From the NCBI GenBank assembly GCA_964385255.1, contig CAYLOH010000005.1, positions 35,956 to 99,955 on the forward strand: a DNA stretch of 64,000 bases, read 5' to 3'. This document shows, in pieces, positions 10,747 to 22,811 of this stretch (position 1 is its first letter; every line of letters starts with the position of its first letter). The translations under genes and the position numbers were made by a program. This DNA comes from an uncultured Rubrivirga sp. (GTDB taxonomy: Bacteria > Actinomycetota > Actinomycetes > S36-B12). A model generated the notes under the pieces. That model saw nothing but the letters and a program-made list of their open reading frames with translations, did not search any database and was not told the DNA's origin.

Positions 10747-11547
10747 ATGGCAGCCGGAAGCAAGGACAGGCGTGAGCGAGCAGCTGCGGCACGCGCAGCG
10801 GCCCAGGCGGGGGAGAAGCGGCGTGAACGCACCGTGCGCATCGTGGGAGCTCTCGCCGTCTTGGCCGTAGTCGCCGGCATCATCGGCGTCGCCGTCTACG
10901 CGCGGAACACCGAAGGCAGCGTCACCGGGGTCGAAGTGGTCGAGCCCGATCCGAGTGCACCGGTTCCCGAGGGCGTTCTCGGCGCCGACAGTGAATGGGC
11001 CTTCGGCGTTCCCTACGGCTCGGGTGGACCAGACGTCCCCGTGCTCGAGGTCTGGGAAGACTTCCAATGCCCGGCATGTGCGGCACTGGAGGAAGCCAAC
11101 GGTGCCGGCATCGCCGAACTCGCCGACACCGGTGTGACCCGGCTCATTTGGCGGCCGACGGGGTTCTTGGATCGCAACGTGGGCAACGACGCATCCAACC
11201 GCGCCATCGCCGCGTGGGGTTGCGCAATCGATCAAGGTTTCACACGTGAATTCCACGATGCGGTCTACGCCAACCAGCCGGAGGTGGAAGGCGACGGATG
11301 GCCCGATGAGGACTTCATCACCATCGCCGAGCAGATCGGTATGTCGGGTGACCAGTTGGACACGTTCTCCCAGTGCGTGAACGACGGCACGTATCGCGTC
11401 TGGGCAGCGAATTCCACGCAGGTGTTCTACGACGAGGGAATCCCGGGGACGCCTTTCGCACGTGTGGACGGCATCGAAGTCGACAACGTGACCTTGGCAG
11501 ACAAGGCGGCGTTGCTTGCATCGATCACTGCCGCCGCGGGCAACTGA
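10747..11547 (+). CDS. Membrane-anchored DsbA/thioredoxin-fold oxidoreductase
   Basis: It has a basic N-terminus plus TM anchor (IVGALAVLAVVAGIIGVAVYA), the CPAC active site in WEDFQCPACAALE, and C-terminal GIPGTPF. Confidence 0.8.
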   Translation: MAAGSKDRRERAAAARAAAQAGEKRRERTVRIVGALAVLAVVAGIIGVAVYARNTEGSVTGVEVVEPDPSAPVPEGVLGADSEWAFGVPYGSGGPDVPVLEVWEDFQCPACAALEEANGAGIAELADTGVTRLIWRPTGFLDRNVGNDASNRAIAAWGCAIDQGFTREFHDAVYANQPEVEGDGWPDEDFITIAEQIGMSGDQLDTFSQCVNDGTYRVWAANSTQVFYDEGIPGTPFARVDGIEVDNVTLADKAALLASITAAAGN

Positions 11548-11550
11548 CGC

Positions 11551-12417
11551 ATGATTCTGGCTAGCATCCCCAGCCCCGACCAGGGAGCCTGGAACCTCGG
11601 GCCCATCCCCATTCGGGGCTATGCGCTGGCGATCATCCTCGGAATCGTCGTCGCCATCTGGCTCGGCAACAAACGCTATGTCGCGCGCGGGGGTCGACCA
11701 GGCTTGATCGCCGACATCGCTTTGTGGGCGGTTCCGTTCGGCATCGTCGGTGGACGGATCTATCACGTGCTCAGTGATTGGCAGATCTACTTCGGGCCGG
11801 ACGGGCGTGGCTTCGTCGCCGCGCTGCGGATCTGGGACGGAGGGCTCGGAATTTGGGGCGCCGTGGCCTTCGGCGCTCTCGGTGCGTGGATCGCGGCCCG
11901 TCGTCATCACGTCGCCCTGCCACCCATCGCCGATGCGATTGCACCAGGCATCGCCCTCGCACAAGCCATCGGCCGATGGGGCAACTGGTTCAACCAGGAG
12001 CTCTTCGGCCGCCCCACGGATCTGCCGTGGGGTTTGGAGATCTCCCCAGGTCGTCGGCCCGAGGGTTACGAACAGTTCGAGACTTTCCACCCGACCTTCT
12101 TGTACGAGTCGTTATGGCTGGTGGGCGTCGCCCTGATCGTCATCTGGGCCGACCGACGATTCACCATGGGCCACGGCCGCGTCTTCGCGCTCTACGTGTT
12201 GCTCTATACGGTCGGTCGGGTGTGGATCGAGGCGCTGCGCATCGACCCGGTGAATACCGTGGGTGGACTCCGCCTGAATGTGTGGACATCCATCGTCGTC
12301 GGGCTTGGCGCCTTGATCTACCTCGTGTGGTCGTCGCGCGCGCGACCTGGTCGCGAGACCGCCGAGCAACTCACGCGCGACGAGCCCGAGGCCGCGCGCA
12401 GCAGCGAATCCGGCTAG
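11551..12417 (+). CDS. lgt: Prolipoprotein diacylglyceryl transferase
   Basis: GPIPIRGYALAIILGIVVA...GGRIYHV...GGLGIWGAV...GRWGNWFNQELFG...HPTFLYESLW. Confidence 0.9.
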   Translation: MILASIPSPDQGAWNLGPIPIRGYALAIILGIVVAIWLGNKRYVARGGRPGLIADIALWAVPFGIVGGRIYHVLSDWQIYFGPDGRGFVAALRIWDGGLGIWGAVAFGALGAWIAARRHHVALPPIADAIAPGIALAQAIGRWGNWFNQELFGRPTDLPWGLEISPGRRPEGYEQFETFHPTFLYESLWLVGVALIVIWADRRFTMGHGRVFALYVLLYTVGRVWIEALRIDPVNTVGGLRLNVWTSIVVGLGALIYLVWSSRARPGRETAEQLTRDEPEAARSSESG

Positions 12418-12468
12418 ACTCCCTAACCTTCGGGCCAACGTCGTCCCGTCGCCACGAGTCCGCGCGCT

Positions 12469-15400
12469 GTGAAGGCGGACTTTCCGGACGACGAAAGGCC
12501 GATTGTGCTCGACCGCTACTCCACCACTCCGCCTGCCCAGGGGCTGTACGACCCACGTGCTGAGAAGGACGCCTGCGGCGTTGCCTTCGTCGCGACCTTG
12601 ACCGGAGAGCCGAGCCGGGAGGTCGTCCAGTACGCATTGACCGCACTGGTCAACCTCGAGCATCGAGGCGCGTCGGGCAGCGAACCCGATAGTGGTGACG
12701 GTGCGGGGATACTGCTGCAGGTCCCCGACGCCCTGCTGCGTCGGGTCGGCGGAATCGATCTACCCGCCTCCGGGCACTACGCGACCGGCATCGGCTTCCT
12801 TCCTGTGGACCTCGACGAACGGGCGGAGGCGATGCGTGGCATCAGCCAGATCGCCGAAGACGAGGGAGTCGCCATCCTCGGCTGGCGCGAGGTTCCCACC
12901 GACGCTTCCTTGGTTGGTGCTACTGCGCGATCGTGTATGCCCGCCTTCTGGCAGGTTTTCGTCGCCGATGCCGGTGGGGAGGCGGCAGGCATCGAGCTCG
13001 ATCGGCTCGTCTACGGCATGCGCAAGCGCATCGAGCACGAAGTGGGTGTCTACTTCGCCTCCTTGTCCTGTAGAACCATGGTCTACAAGGGAATGCTCAC
13101 CACCGGGCAGCTGGTTCCCTTCTACCCTGACCTCAGCGAACCGGACATCGCCTCCACCCTTGCGATGGTGCACTCGCGATTCTCGACGAACACCTTCCCG
13201 TCGTGGCCGTTGGCTCATCCGTACCGATTGATTGCCCATAACGGTGAGATCAACACCGTTCAGGGCAATCGCAACTGGATGACGACGCGCGAGGCGATGC
13301 TTACCAGTGAAGTGATCCCCGGGGATCTCACCCGACTGTTCCCGATATGCACACCAGGTGCCAGCGATTCGGCCAGCTTCGACGAAGTACTGGAGTTGCT
13401 CCATCTGGGTGGGCGATCCTTGCCGCAAGCGGTCTTGATGATGATCCCGGAGGCATGGGAGAACAACCCGGACATGGATCCGCGGCGTCGCTCCTTCTAC
13501 GAGTTCTACGCCACGGTGATGGAGCCGTGGGACGGTCCTGCGAACGTGTGCTTCACCGACGGCACTCAGATAGGCGCGGTGTTGGACCGCAATGGACTTC
13601 GGCCAGGACGCTTCTGGGTGACGGACGCGGGTCTGGTGGTCTTGGCTTCGGAGACCGGAGTCTTGGACATCGACCCCGCAACCGTGGTGCGCAAGGGTCG
13701 GTTGCAGCCCGGCCGGATGTTCCTCGTCGATACCGCCGCAGGTCGAATCATCGAAGACGACGAGATCAAGGCCGCCTTGGCGGCTGAGGAGCCCTTCGGT
13801 GAGTGGCTCGACGCAGGTCTGATCCATCTAGAGGAACTGCCCGAGCGTGAGCACATCGTCCACACGCATGAGTCAGTGGCGCGTCGCCAGCAGACCTTCG
13901 GTTACACCCAGGAAGAGTTGCGCGTCATCATGGAGCCCATGGCCCGGGCCGGGGCCGAGCCGATCGGCTCCATGGGCACCGACACTCCGATAGCGGCACT
14001 TTCCAACAAGCCTCGCTTGTTGTTCGACTACTTCAGTCAGCTTTTCGCACAGGTCACGAACCCACCCTTGGATGCGATTCGCGAGGAGATCGTCACATCA
14101 TTGGCGAGTCTCATCGGCCCCGAGGGCAACCTGCTGGAATCCCAGCCGGGACATTGCCGACAGGTCCTTCTTCCTTTCCCGGTCATCGACAACGATGAAC
14201 TCGCCAAGATTTTGCACATCAATGCGGACGGAACGTTGCCGGAGTTCGCGGCAGCCCGTGTCAAGGGTCTGTACCCCGTCGGGGGCGGGGGCGCAGCGTT
14301 GGAGAAGCGACTGGGGGAGATCTTCAACGAGGTGGACGCGTTGATCCGTCAGGGCAAGCGCTTCATCGTGCTCTCCGATCGGGACAGCAATGCGCAACTG
14401 GCGCCGATACCTTCACTGTTGCTGTGCGCCGCGGTCCATCACCACTTGGTGCGCACGAAGTCGCGAAGTCAGATCAGCCTGCTGGTGGAAAGCGGTGACG
14501 TCCGCGAGGTACACCACGTTGCTTTGCTGATCGGGTACGGAGCGGCAGCCATCAATCCCTATCTCGCGCTCGAGACCGTCGAGGACCTCGTTTCCCGCAA
14601 TGTGATCCAAGGGATCGCCCCCGAGAAGGCCGTTCGCAACTACATCAAGGCACTGGGCAAGGGACTTCTCAAGGTGATGTCCAAGATGGGTGTGTCGACC
14701 GTCGCCTCCTACCGCGGAGCGCAAATCTTCGAGGCCATCGGACTGTCCAGGGACTTCGTGGATGCCTACTTCACGGGAACCGTGACCAAATTGGGTGGCG
14801 TCGGAATAGACGTCATCGCCGAGGAAGTGGCCCGCAGGCACGCAACGGCCTATCCGCCGTCGGGGATATCGCCAGCCCATCGCGTCCTCGCCGACGGTGG
14901 CGAGTATCAGTGGCGTCGGGACGGTGAGCCCCACCTCTTCGATCCCGAAACAGTCTTTCGTTTGCAACACGCAACGCGGACGAAGAGGTTCGACATCTTC
15001 CGCGAGTACACCGAAAGGGTGAACCAACAGGCCGAGCGCTTGATGACGCTCCGCGGCCTCTTCTCGTTCAAGGAGGGTGCGCGAGAGCCGATTCCCATCG
15101 ATCAGGTCGAATCCATCGAATCCATCGTCACGCGGTTCTCCACGGGGGCGATGTCCTACGGATCGATATCCGCGGAGGCCCACGAGACCCTCGCCATCGC
15201 GATGAATCGGATCGGAGCCAAGTCCAATACCGGTGAGGGGGGTGAAGACCCCGAGCGGTACGTCCCGCTGGAAAACGGCGATTCAAAGCGGTCTGCCATC
15301 AAGCAGGTCGCCTCCGGGCGATTCGGTGTTACCAGTGAATACCTGGTCAACAGCGACGACATCCAGATCAAGATGGCTCAAGGAGCCAAGCCCGGCGAAG

Positions 15401-17043
15401 GTGGGCAGCTCCCCGGACACAAGGTCTACCCGTGGATCGCCAAGACGCGGCATTCGACACCAGGTGTGGGCTTGATATCGCCGCCGCCACACCATGACAT
15501 CTACTCGATCGAGGACCTCGCGCAATTGATCCATGATCTGAAGAACGCGAATCCGTTGGCGCGTATTCACGTCAAGTTGGTCGCTGAGGTCGGCGTTGGA
15601 ACGGTTGCCGCAGGGGTATCCAAGGCGCACGCGGACGTCGTACTCATCTCAGGACACGACGGCGGCACGGGTGCGTCCCCGCTCACGTCGCTGAAACACG
15701 CCGGCGCTCCGTGGGAGTTGGGGCTGGCTGAGACTCAGCAGACGCTGCTGCTGAACGGCCTTCGTGACCGCGTCGTCGTTCAAGCGGACGGCCAACTCAA
15801 GACGGGTCGTGACGTCATGATCGCGGCGCTGCTGGGAGCCGAGGAATTCGGTTTCGCGACGGCGCCCTTGGTGGTGATGGGGTGCGTCATGATGCGCGTG
15901 TGTCACCTGGATACGTGTCCAGTCGGCGTCGCCACGCAGAATCCGATTCTGCGTGAGCGGTTCTCCGGTTCACCGGAGTTCGTGGTGAACTTCTTCGAGT
16001 TCATTGCGCAGGAGGTTCGGGAGTATCTGGCTCAGCTGGGATTCCGCAGCCTGGACGAAGCCATCGGACACGCCGAACTCCTGGACATGCGACGCGCCAT
16101 CGACCATTGGAAGGCAGATGGTCTGGACCTCACCCCCATCCTGCATGTGCCCGATGTCGCTGTCTCGGCACCGCGGCGCAGGGTCGTCGCGCAAGAGCAT
16201 GGTCTCGAAGGCGCCCTCGACAATCGCTTGATCGACATGTGCGCGCCGGCTATCGAGAGGAAGGAGCCGGTTCGCGCCAACATGGAGATCCGTAACGTCA
16301 ATCGAACCGTCGGAACCATGCTCGGTTCACAGGTAACGCGTGTGCACGGTGGCGCTGGCCTTCCCGACGGAACGATCGACATCACCTTCCAAGGCTCTGC
16401 GGGACAGTCCTTCGGCGCGTTCGTGCCCGCCGGAATCACGCTCCGACTCGAAGGTGATGCGAACGATTACGTGGGCAAGGGCTTATCGGGCGGGCGCATC
16501 GTGGTGCGTCCGGATCGACGGGCGCCGTTCGCCGCGCAGGAGAACATCATCGCGGGAAACGTGATCGCGTACGGTGCGACGAGCGGTGAGATCTACATTC
16601 GCGGCCAGGTGGGCGAGCGGTTCTGCGTGCGTAATTCCGGAGCACATGCCGTCGTCGAAGGGGTTGGCGACCATGCGCTCGAATACATGACCGGTGGCGT
16701 CGCCGTCATCCTCGGTCGGGTGGGGCGCAATCTGGGGGCGGGAATGTCCGGCGGGTGCGCCTATGTCCTGGATCTTCCCGCCAGCCGTGTGAATCTGGAG
16801 ATGGTCGATCTGGATCCTCTCGATACTGATGACGAGGACCACGTGAGATCCATGATCACCCGACATGTCGAGGAGACGGACTCGGAGGTCGGTGCTGCTT
16901 TGCTGGCCGACTGGACCGCTGCAGTCAAGCGATTCACGAAGGTCATGCCCCAGGACTTCAAACGCGTCCTGAGGGTTCGTGAGGAAGCGTTGGCACGCGG
17001 TGAGGATCCCGTCGTTGCGGTGATGGGAGCTAACCATGGCTGA
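12469..17043 (+). CDS. gltB: Glutamate synthase large subunit
   Basis: 1524 aa. It has Ntn-amidotransferase CGVAFVA, the FMN/Fe-S domain (SNTGEGGE...[19 protein letters not shown]...[11 protein letters not shown]) and a GXGXG C-terminal domain. Confidence 0.95.
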   Translation: MKADFPDDERPIVLDRYSTTPPAQGLYDPRAEKDACGVAFVATLTGEPSREVVQYALTALVNLEHRGASGSEPDSGDGAGILLQVPDALLRRVGGIDLPASGHYATGIGFLPVDLDERAEAMRGISQIAEDEGVAILGWREVPTDASLVGATARSCMPAFWQVFVADAGGEAAGIELDRLVYGMRKRIEHEVGVYFASLSCRTMVYKGMLTTGQLVPFYPDLSEPDIASTLAMVHSRFSTNTFPSWPLAHPYRLIAHNGEINTVQGNRNWMTTREAMLTSEVIPGDLTRLFPICTPGASDSASFDEVLELLHLGGRSLPQAVLMMIPEAWENNPDMDPRRRSFYEFYATVMEPWDGPANVCFTDGTQIGAVLDRNGLRPGRFWVTDAGLVVLASETGVLDIDPATVVRKGRLQPGRMFLVDTAAGRIIEDDEIKAALAAEEPFGEWLDAGLIHLEELPEREHIVHTHESVARRQQTFGYTQEELRVIMEPMARAGAEPIGSMGTDTPIAALSNKPRLLFDYFSQLFAQVTNPPLDAIREEIVTSLASLIGPEGNLLESQPGHCRQVLLPFPVIDNDELAKILHINADGTLPEFAAARVKGLYPVGGGGAALEKRLGEIFNEVDALIRQGKRFIVLSDRDSNAQLAPIPSLLLCAAVHHHLVRTKSRSQISLLVESGDVREVHHVALLIGYGAAAINPYLALETVEDLVSRNVIQGIAPEKAVRNYIKALGKGLLKVMSKMGVSTVASYRGAQIFEAIGLSRDFVDAYFTGTVTKLGGVGIDVIAEEVARRHATAYPPSGISPAHRVLADGGEYQWRRDGEPHLFDPETVFRLQHATRTKRFDIFREYTERVNQQAERLMTLRGLFSFKEGAREPIPIDQVESIESIVTRFSTGAMSYGSISAEAHETLAIAMNRIGAKSNTGEGGEDPERYVPLENGDSKRSAIKQVASGRFGVTSEYLVNSDDIQIKMAQGAKPGEGGQLPGHKVYPWIAKTRHSTPGVGLISPPPHHDIYSIEDLAQLIHDLKNANPLARIHVKLVAEVGVGTVAAGVSKAHADVVLISGHDGGTGASPLTSLKHAGAPWELGLAETQQTLLLNGLRDRVVVQADGQLKTGRDVMIAALLGAEEFGFATAPLVVMGCVMMRVCHLDTCPVGVATQNPILRERFSGSPEFVVNFFEFIAQEVREYLAQLGFRSLDEAIGHAELLDMRRAIDHWKADGLDLTPILHVPDVAVSAPRRRVVAQEHGLEGALDNRLIDMCAPAIERKEPVRANMEIRNVNRTVGTMLGSQVTRVHGGAGLPDGTIDITFQGSAGQSFGAFVPAGITLRLEGDANDYVGKGLSGGRIVVRPDRRAPFAAQENIIAGNVIAYGATSGEIYIRGQVGERFCVRNSGAHAVVEGVGDHALEYMTGGVAVILGRVGRNLGAGMSGGCAYVLDLPASRVNLEMVDLDPLDTDDEDHVRSMITRHVEETDSEVGAALLADWTAAVKRFTKVMPQDFKRVLRVREEALARGEDPVVAVMGANHG

Positions 17044-18490
17044 TCCACGAGGCTTCTTGACCACGGACCGTGAACTGCCCAAGCGTCGACCGGTGGATGT
17101 CCGTATCCAGGATTGGCGCGAGGTGTACGAGGAGTTCGACGCCCGAGCCTTGGAGAAGCAGGCAGGGCGTTGCATGGATTGCGGCATTCCCTTCTGCCAC
17201 CAAGGTTGCCCACTGGGGAACTTGATCCCGGAGTGGAACGACCTGATTTACGAACGCGACTGGGGGCAGGCCATCGAGCGCCTGCACGCGACGAACAACT
17301 TCCCGGAGTTCACCGGACGACTATGCCCTGCTCCATGTGAGGCTGCGTGCGTCCTCGGCATCAACGCCGACCCGGTCACGATCAAGCAAGTGGAAGTCGC
17401 GATCGTGGACCGTGCATGGGAGGCCGGCTGGATAACGCCCCAGCCGCCGGAATTCTTGAGTGGCAAGACCGTGGCCATCATCGGTTCGGGTCCGGCCGGA
17501 CTCGCCGCTGCTCAGCAGTTGGCCCGAGCCGGACACACAGTCGCGGTCTTCGAGCGAGCCGATCGCATCGGTGGTCTCCTGCGCTACGGCATCCCCGAAT
17601 TCAAGATGGAGAAGCACCACTTGGATCAACGGCTGCGGCAGATGGAAGCCGAGGGAGTGAAGTTCCGCCCGAACGTGGAGATCGGTGTCGACATGACGGT
17701 CGCCGACCTGCGGCGCCGTTACGACGCGATCGTTATCGCCACGGGAGCGACCGCCTGGCGGGACCTGGCCATTCCAGGGCGAGAGTTGTCGGGGATCTAT
17801 CAGGCCATGGAATTCCTGCCGCTCGCCAATCGCGTGGTGGAAGGCGACCTCGATTCTTCGCCGCTGGACGTTGCGGGTCAACACGTCGTGATCATCGGTG
17901 GTGGAGATACCGGCGCCGATTGCTTGGGCACCTCGCATCGCCAGGGAGCGGCGAGTGTGACCCAATTGGAAATCATGCCTCGCCCCAGCGACGAACGTCC
18001 GTCGAACCAGCCCTGGCCGACCTATCCGATGACGTATCGCGTCTCGAGTGCTCATGAGGAAGGCGGTGAGCGCCTGTTCGCCGTCTCGACGGAGAGATTC
18101 GAGGGAGATGCATCAGGGCGCGTCACTTCCTTGCACCTTCAGGATGTGGAATTCGTCGACGGAGCCTTCCAACCGGTAGCGGGGACCGAACGAGCGATCC
18201 TTGCGGACACGGTGCTGCTGGCCATGGGTTTCACCGGCCCGGAGCATGGTCCGTTGATGGAGCAGTTCGGATTGCCGCTCACCGAGCGCGGGACCATTGC
18301 CCGGGGCGACGACTATTCGACCGACGTGGAGGGAGTCTTCGTCGCCGGCGATGCCGGTCGCGGACAGTCGCTGATCGTGTGGGCGATAGCCGAAGGTCGC
18401 GCGGCCGCCGCGAGTGTGGATCGCTACCTGATGGGCACGACCAATCTGCCGTCACCGATTCGTGCCTCGGCGCGGCCCCTCACCGTGTAA
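17036..18490 (+). CDS. gltD: Glutamate synthase small subunit (NADPH)
   Basis: [48 protein letters not shown]. It overlaps the gltB end by 8 nt. Confidence 0.95.
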   Translation: MADPRGFLTTDRELPKRRPVDVRIQDWREVYEEFDARALEKQAGRCMDCGIPFCHQGCPLGNLIPEWNDLIYERDWGQAIERLHATNNFPEFTGRLCPAPCEAACVLGINADPVTIKQVEVAIVDRAWEAGWITPQPPEFLSGKTVAIIGSGPAGLAAAQQLARAGHTVAVFERADRIGGLLRYGIPEFKMEKHHLDQRLRQMEAEGVKFRPNVEIGVDMTVADLRRRYDAIVIATGATAWRDLAIPGRELSGIYQAMEFLPLANRVVEGDLDSSPLDVAGQHVVIIGGGDTGADCLGTSHRQGAASVTQLEIMPRPSDERPSNQPWPTYPMTYRVSSAHEEGGERLFAVSTERFEGDASGRVTSLHLQDVEFVDGAFQPVAGTERAILADTVLLAMGFTGPEHGPLMEQFGLPLTERGTIARGDDYSTDVEGVFVAGDAGRGQSLIVWAIAEGRAAAASVDRYLMGTTNLPSPIRASARPLTV

Positions 18491-18513
18491 TCGTTTGCGG
18501 ATATTCTGATCCC

Positions 18514-19947
18514 ATGCGACGTGCCAAGATCGTGGCAACCCTCGGGCCGGCAAGTCACACCACGGAGCAGATCCGCGCTCTCGTCGATGCGGGTATGGAC
18601 GTAGCCCGCTTGAACCTGTCGCACGGCAACTACGACGATCACATGCAGTCGTACCTCGCCGTGCGGGAGGCCAGCGACGCCAGTGGGCGTGGGGTCGGCA
18701 TCTTGGCCGACCTCCAGGGCCCGAAGATCAGGCTCGGCACCTTCGCTTCGGGGCCGGTTCTCCTGGAACCGGGCGCCGAGTTCATCGTGACCACCGACGA
18801 CGTTCCCGGCGACGCGACCATGGTCTCCACGACCCATAAGGGCCTCACCGACGACGTCAGACCAGGAGATGTCGTCTTGGTCGATGACGGTCGGATCGAA
18901 TTGCGGGTGACGGCGGTCGTTGGTTCGCAGGTTCACACGACGGTCGTCGAAGGCGGGCGGGTGTCCGACAACAAGGGCTTCAATCTCCCCGGAGTGCCGG
19001 TGAGCGTGCCGGCACTATCGGACAAAGATGTCGAAGACCTGCGTTGGGCGTTGCGCACGGGCGTGGATCTGATCGCGTTGTCCTTCGTGCGTTCCCCGGA
19101 CGACATCAAGGGCGTTCGGGCGATCATGGAGAGCGAAGGCATCTTCGTGCCCGTGCTTGCCAAGGTGGAGAAGCCGCAGGCGATCGATAATCTCGCGGAG
19201 ATCATCGAGGCATTCGATGGCGTGATGGTTGCTCGTGGCGATCTGGGAGTGGAGCTGCCGCTCGAGCAGGTTCCCCTGGTCCAAAAGCGTGCGGTCCAGA
19301 TGTGCCGCCAAGCAGGCAAGCCGGTCATCGTCGCGACGCAGATGCTCGAAACGATGATCGGATCGACGCGACCCACCCGCGCGGAAGCCAGCGACGTGGC
19401 CAACGCCGTCCTTGATGGAGCAGATGCGCTGATGCTCTCGGGTGAGACGAGCGTCGGTCACAATCCACGGCTCGTCGTCGAGACGATGTCGCGCATCATC
19501 GAACGTGTGGAAAGCGAAGCGATCGACCGAATACCTGACCTTGAGCACGAGGTGCACGGCTCGACGGCGCGTGCGCTGACGAGCGCCGCTGTGAACGTCG
19601 CTCAATACATCGACGCCACCCACTTGATCGCCTTTACGGAAACTGGCAGATCGGCCCGACTCATCGCGCGGTGGCGATGCGATACCCCCTTGCTTGCCTT
19701 CACGCCCAATCCGCGCGTGCGCAGTCAACTGGCTCTCGTCTGGGGAGTCGAAACCTTCTTGGTGTCCCAGGTCCGGCACACCGACGACATGGTGGTGCAG
19801 GTGGATAGGGCGCTCTTGGACATCGGTCGGGCGACTGTCGGTGAACGTGTGGTCATCGTGGCAGGAGTGCCACCGGGGGTTCCGGGTACCACGAACGGCA
19901 TGCGTGTTCACAAGATCGGTAGCGCCGGGCCCGGCGGCGGCGTCTGA
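18514..19947 (+). CDS. pyk: Pyruvate kinase
   Basis: MRRAKIVATLGPAS...ARLNLSHG...DLQGPKIRLG...MVARGDLGVE...ATQMLETM. ATG 18514; the track ORF from 18379 overlaps gltD. Confidence 0.95.
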   Translation: MRRAKIVATLGPASHTTEQIRALVDAGMDVARLNLSHGNYDDHMQSYLAVREASDASGRGVGILADLQGPKIRLGTFASGPVLLEPGAEFIVTTDDVPGDATMVSTTHKGLTDDVRPGDVVLVDDGRIELRVTAVVGSQVHTTVVEGGRVSDNKGFNLPGVPVSVPALSDKDVEDLRWALRTGVDLIALSFVRSPDDIKGVRAIMESEGIFVPVLAKVEKPQAIDNLAEIIEAFDGVMVARGDLGVELPLEQVPLVQKRAVQMCRQAGKPVIVATQMLETMIGSTRPTRAEASDVANAVLDGADALMLSGETSVGHNPRLVVETMSRIIERVESEAIDRIPDLEHEVHGSTARALTSAAVNVAQYIDATHLIAFTETGRSARLIARWRCDTPLLAFTPNPRVRSQLALVWGVETFLVSQVRHTDDMVVQVDRALLDIGRATVGERVVIVAGVPPGVPGTTNGMRVHKIGSAGPGGGV

Positions 19948-19983
19948 CGCGTCGGGGGATTCATCCGATAGGTTGAGGGCGTT

Positions 19984-20019
19984 CCTTTAAGCCCGTCCCG
20001 TGAGGCGGGGAAGGGGAGG
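19984..20019 (+). promoter_or_regulatory. PyrR-binding RNA stem-loop overlapping the pyrR Shine-Dalgarno sequence
   Basis: The sequence is CCUUUAAGCCCGUCCCGUGAGGCGGGGAAGGGGAGG. The lower stem pairs CCUU with AAGG, the upper stem pairs CCCG with CGGG, and the loop UCCCGUGAGG resembles the PyrR loop consensus (UCCAGAGAGG). The 3' arm is part of SD AAGGGGAGG, 4 nt before ATG 20024. Confidence 0.6.
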
Positions 20020-20023
20020 CTTG

Positions 20024-20566
20024 ATGCCGCCTGGGCAGATCGTCCTCGACGAGGGTGATATCTCCCGTGCCGTTCGCCGTATGGCGCACGAGATCATCGA
20101 GAAGTCACGTGGCATCGATCAGATCGTCATCGTGGGTATCCCCACCCGCGGCGTGTTCCTCGCTCACCGAATCGCCTCGGCGATTGCCGACATTGAAGGT
20201 CGGACCGTCCCGTGCGGAACCCTTGATGTGACGCTCTATCGCGACGACCTGCGAATGCGTGAGGTGCGCCCGCTGGCACCATCGTCGATTCCCCGTGAAG
20301 GGATCGACGGCTGCACCGTGGTCCTCGTCGACGACGTGCTGTACTCCGGACGTACCATCCGCGCTGCGTTGGACGCCCTGAACGATCTCGGACGGCCAGC
20401 GGCCGTACGTCTAGCCGTGATGGTCGATCGCGGACATCGAGAATTGCCGATTCGACCCGACTTCGTCGGCAAGAACCTGCCGACGTCGCAGTCCGAGACC
20501 GTACGAGTCCATTTCACCGAGCGCGATGATCGAGACGAGGTCATCATCGAACGGTCGGATTCATGA
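20024..20566 (+). CDS. pyrR: Bifunctional pyr operon regulator / uracil phosphoribosyltransferase PyrR
   Basis: [15 protein letters not shown]...IVGIPTRGV...[21 protein letters not shown]...[23 protein letters not shown]. Confidence 0.9.
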   Translation: MPPGQIVLDEGDISRAVRRMAHEIIEKSRGIDQIVIVGIPTRGVFLAHRIASAIADIEGRTVPCGTLDVTLYRDDLRMREVRPLAPSSIPREGIDGCTVVLVDDVLYSGRTIRAALDALNDLGRPAAVRLAVMVDRGHRELPIRPDFVGKNLPTSQSETVRVHFTERDDRDEVIIERSDS

Positions 20567-21525
20567 TCGGCAAGCACCTACTGTCCACCCAGGATCTCTC
20601 GGCCAGCCAAGCCATCGCGATACTCGACACCACGGCGGAGTTGGCTTCGGTGACCGATCGTTCCGTGAAGAAGTTGCCGACCCTTCGCGGGCGGACCGTA
20701 GTGAATCTGTTCTTCGAAGACTCCACGCGAACGCGGCTGTCCTTCGAATTGGCGGCCAAGCGACTTTCGGCGGACGTGATCACGTTCTCGGCGAAAGGAT
20801 CCTCGGTGTCCAAGGGAGAGAGCCTGAAGGACACGGCTCTCACGCTCGAAGCGATGGGAGCCGACGCCGTGATCATCCGCCACGGCGCATCCGGTGCTCC
20901 TTTCCGGTTGGCCAATGCCGGTTGGATCGGTGGGTCGGTCATCAATGCCGGCGACGGGACGCACGAACACCCCACACAAGCGCTCCTCGACGCCTACACG
21001 CTACGTCGACACCTGCGTGGCGGCAGAGGCGACCTGCAGGGCGCGCAGGTGGTGATCGTGGGCGATGTTCTGCACAGTCGGGTCGCACGTTCCAATGTCC
21101 ACCTGCTGCACACCCTCGGTGCTCACGTGACGCTGGTCGCGCCTCCGACCCTCGTTCCCGTAGGCGTGCAGTCGTGGCCGTGCTCGGTGAGCTACCGCAT
21201 CGAAGATGCGCTACCGATGGCGGATGCCGTGATGATGCTCCGCGTGCAGGCGGAGCGCATGGCGGGCGCCTTCTTCCCGTCCGCGCTGGAGTATTCGCGC
21301 CTGTACGGGTTGGACGCACGGCGGATGGCGTTACTGCCGCCCGACGCCATCATCTTGCACCCCGGGCCGATGAATCGTGGCATGGAGATTTCGGCTGAAG
21401 TCGCGGACTCCTCGCGCGCGGTCATCGTGGAGCAAGTGACGAACGGTGTGAATGTGCGGATGGCGGTCCTGTATCTGCTCTTGGGTGGCGCTGACGCCGA
21501 TGTATCGCTGAGAGAAGGTGCGTGA
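20563..21525 (+). CDS. pyrB: Aspartate carbamoyltransferase catalytic subunit
   Basis: [21 protein letters not shown]...[10 protein letters not shown]...[12 protein letters not shown] overlap with pyrR. Confidence 0.95.
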   Translation: MIGKHLLSTQDLSASQAIAILDTTAELASVTDRSVKKLPTLRGRTVVNLFFEDSTRTRLSFELAAKRLSADVITFSAKGSSVSKGESLKDTALTLEAMGADAVIIRHGASGAPFRLANAGWIGGSVINAGDGTHEHPTQALLDAYTLRRHLRGGRGDLQGAQVVIVGDVLHSRVARSNVHLLHTLGAHVTLVAPPTLVPVGVQSWPCSVSYRIEDALPMADAVMMLRVQAERMAGAFFPSALEYSRLYGLDARRMALLPPDAIILHPGPMNRGMEISAEVADSSRAVIVEQVTNGVNVRMAVLYLLLGGADADVSLREGA

Positions 21526-22811
21526 TGGCCACGATCGCGATTCGATCCGGTCTCGTCTATGGGGAGCAAGAGCGCGATGTGGTCGTCGAAGGTGACCGCA
21601 TCGTCGCCATCTGTGAACCGGGGACTGCCTCAGCCGATCGGTCGGTGGATGCACAGGGATGCATCGTGTTGCCGGGGCTGGTCGACCTTCACACCCATCT
21701 GCGTGAGCCAGGACGCGAACACGCCGAGACGATCGCCTCGGGTTCGCGCGCGGCGGCCAAGGGTGGTTACACCTGCGTTCACGCGATGGCGAATACATCG
21801 CCTGTCGCAGACACCGCTGGCGTCGTCGAGCAGGTATGGCGCCGCGGCGTTGAAGCGGGGTTGGTCGACGTACGTCCTGTTGGAGCGGTGACCCTCGGGC
21901 TGCAAGGGGAGCAGTTGGCCGAACTCGGAGCCATGGCCCACAGTGCGGCGCACGTCCGGGTCTTCAGTGACGACGGGCTGTGCGTGCACGATCCACTGCT
22001 CATGCGACGTGCCTTGGAGTACGTCAAGGCCTTCGACGGAGTGATCGCTCAACACGCCCAGGATCCTCGACTCACCGAGGGGGCGCAGATGAACGAAGGT
22101 GAACTGTCGGGGCGTCTCGGCCTTGCCGGTTGGCCCGCCGTCGCCGAGGAGGCCATCATCGCCCGGGATGTGTTGCTGGCCGAGCACGTCAACTCCCGAC
22201 TGCACGTGTGCCATGTCTCCACCGCTGGTTCGGTCGATGTGATCAGGTGGGCGAAAGCTCGCGGGATCAAGGTGACCGCCGAAGCGACACCCCATCACCT
22301 TCTCTTGACCGAGGATCTCGTGGCGACCTTCGATCCGCTGTACAAGGTCAACCCCCCGCTTCGCCGGCGACAGGATGTGGCGGCCCTGCGTGCCGCCGTC
22401 GTCGATGGAACGATCGATGTGATTGCGACCGATCATGCCCCGCATCCGCGGGAGGACAAGGATTGTGAATGGGCGGCAGCTGCGATGGGCATGTTGGGCT
22501 TGGAGACCGCGCTGGGTGTCGTGGCACAGGTGTTCGTGGAAGCCGGTGCCATGGACTGGCGCCAGGTGGCCGAGCGCATGTCGGTGGCGCCCGCCCGTAT
22601 AGGCGGTGTCGACGATCAAGGTCAGCCGATAGCCGTCGGTTCCATCGCGAATCTGCTCGTGTGGGACCCTCACAGGCCTATGAATGTCAGCGCCGAGGGG
22701 TTGTCGTCGCGCAGCAGCAACAGTCCCTACATCGGCCGGGAGTTCCCCGGATCCGTACGCCACGTGTTGTTCAGGGGTCGTCCCACCGTCCACGAGGGTG
22801 AGGTGGCGTGA
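21522..22811 (+). CDS. pyrC: Dihydroorotase
   Basis: [15 protein letters not shown]...HVCHVST...TAEATPHHL...ATDHAPH. GTGA overlap with pyrB (alternative ATG at 21525). Confidence 0.9.
   Translation: MMATIAIRSGLVYGEQERDVVVEGDRIVAICEPGTASADRSVDAQGCIVLPGLVDLHTHLREPGREHAETIASGSRAAAKGGYTCVHAMANTSPVADTAGVVEQVWRRGVEAGLVDVRPVGAVTLGLQGEQLAELGAMAHSAAHVRVFSDDGLCVHDPLLMRRALEYVKAFDGVIAQHAQDPRLTEGAQMNEGELSGRLGLAGWPAVAEEAIIARDVLLAEHVNSRLHVCHVSTAGSVDVIRWAKARGIKVTAEATPHHLLLTEDLVATFDPLYKVNPPLRRRQDVAALRAAVVDGTIDVIATDHAPHPREDKDCEWAAAAMGMLGLETALGVVAQVFVEAGAMDWRQVAERMSVAPARIGGVDDQGQPIAVGSIANLLVWDPHRPMNVSAEGLSSRSSNSPYIGREFPGSVRHVLFRGRPTVHEGEVA

Noticed and set aside
10522-12090. A 522-aa minus-strand ORF. Other long antisense ORFs of the same kind include 2293..3432, 12760..13827, 23308..24624, 24858..26135, 33182..34366, 50158..51642 and 55306..56490.
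   Set aside because: These lie fully antisense to confidently recognised genes (dsbA-like/lgt, trpE, gltB, carA, carB, metK, cysD, pheT). Their translations are Arg/Gly/Pro/Asp-rich with no recognisable motifs. They are typical shadow ORFs caused by the scarcity of stop codons in high-GC DNA.
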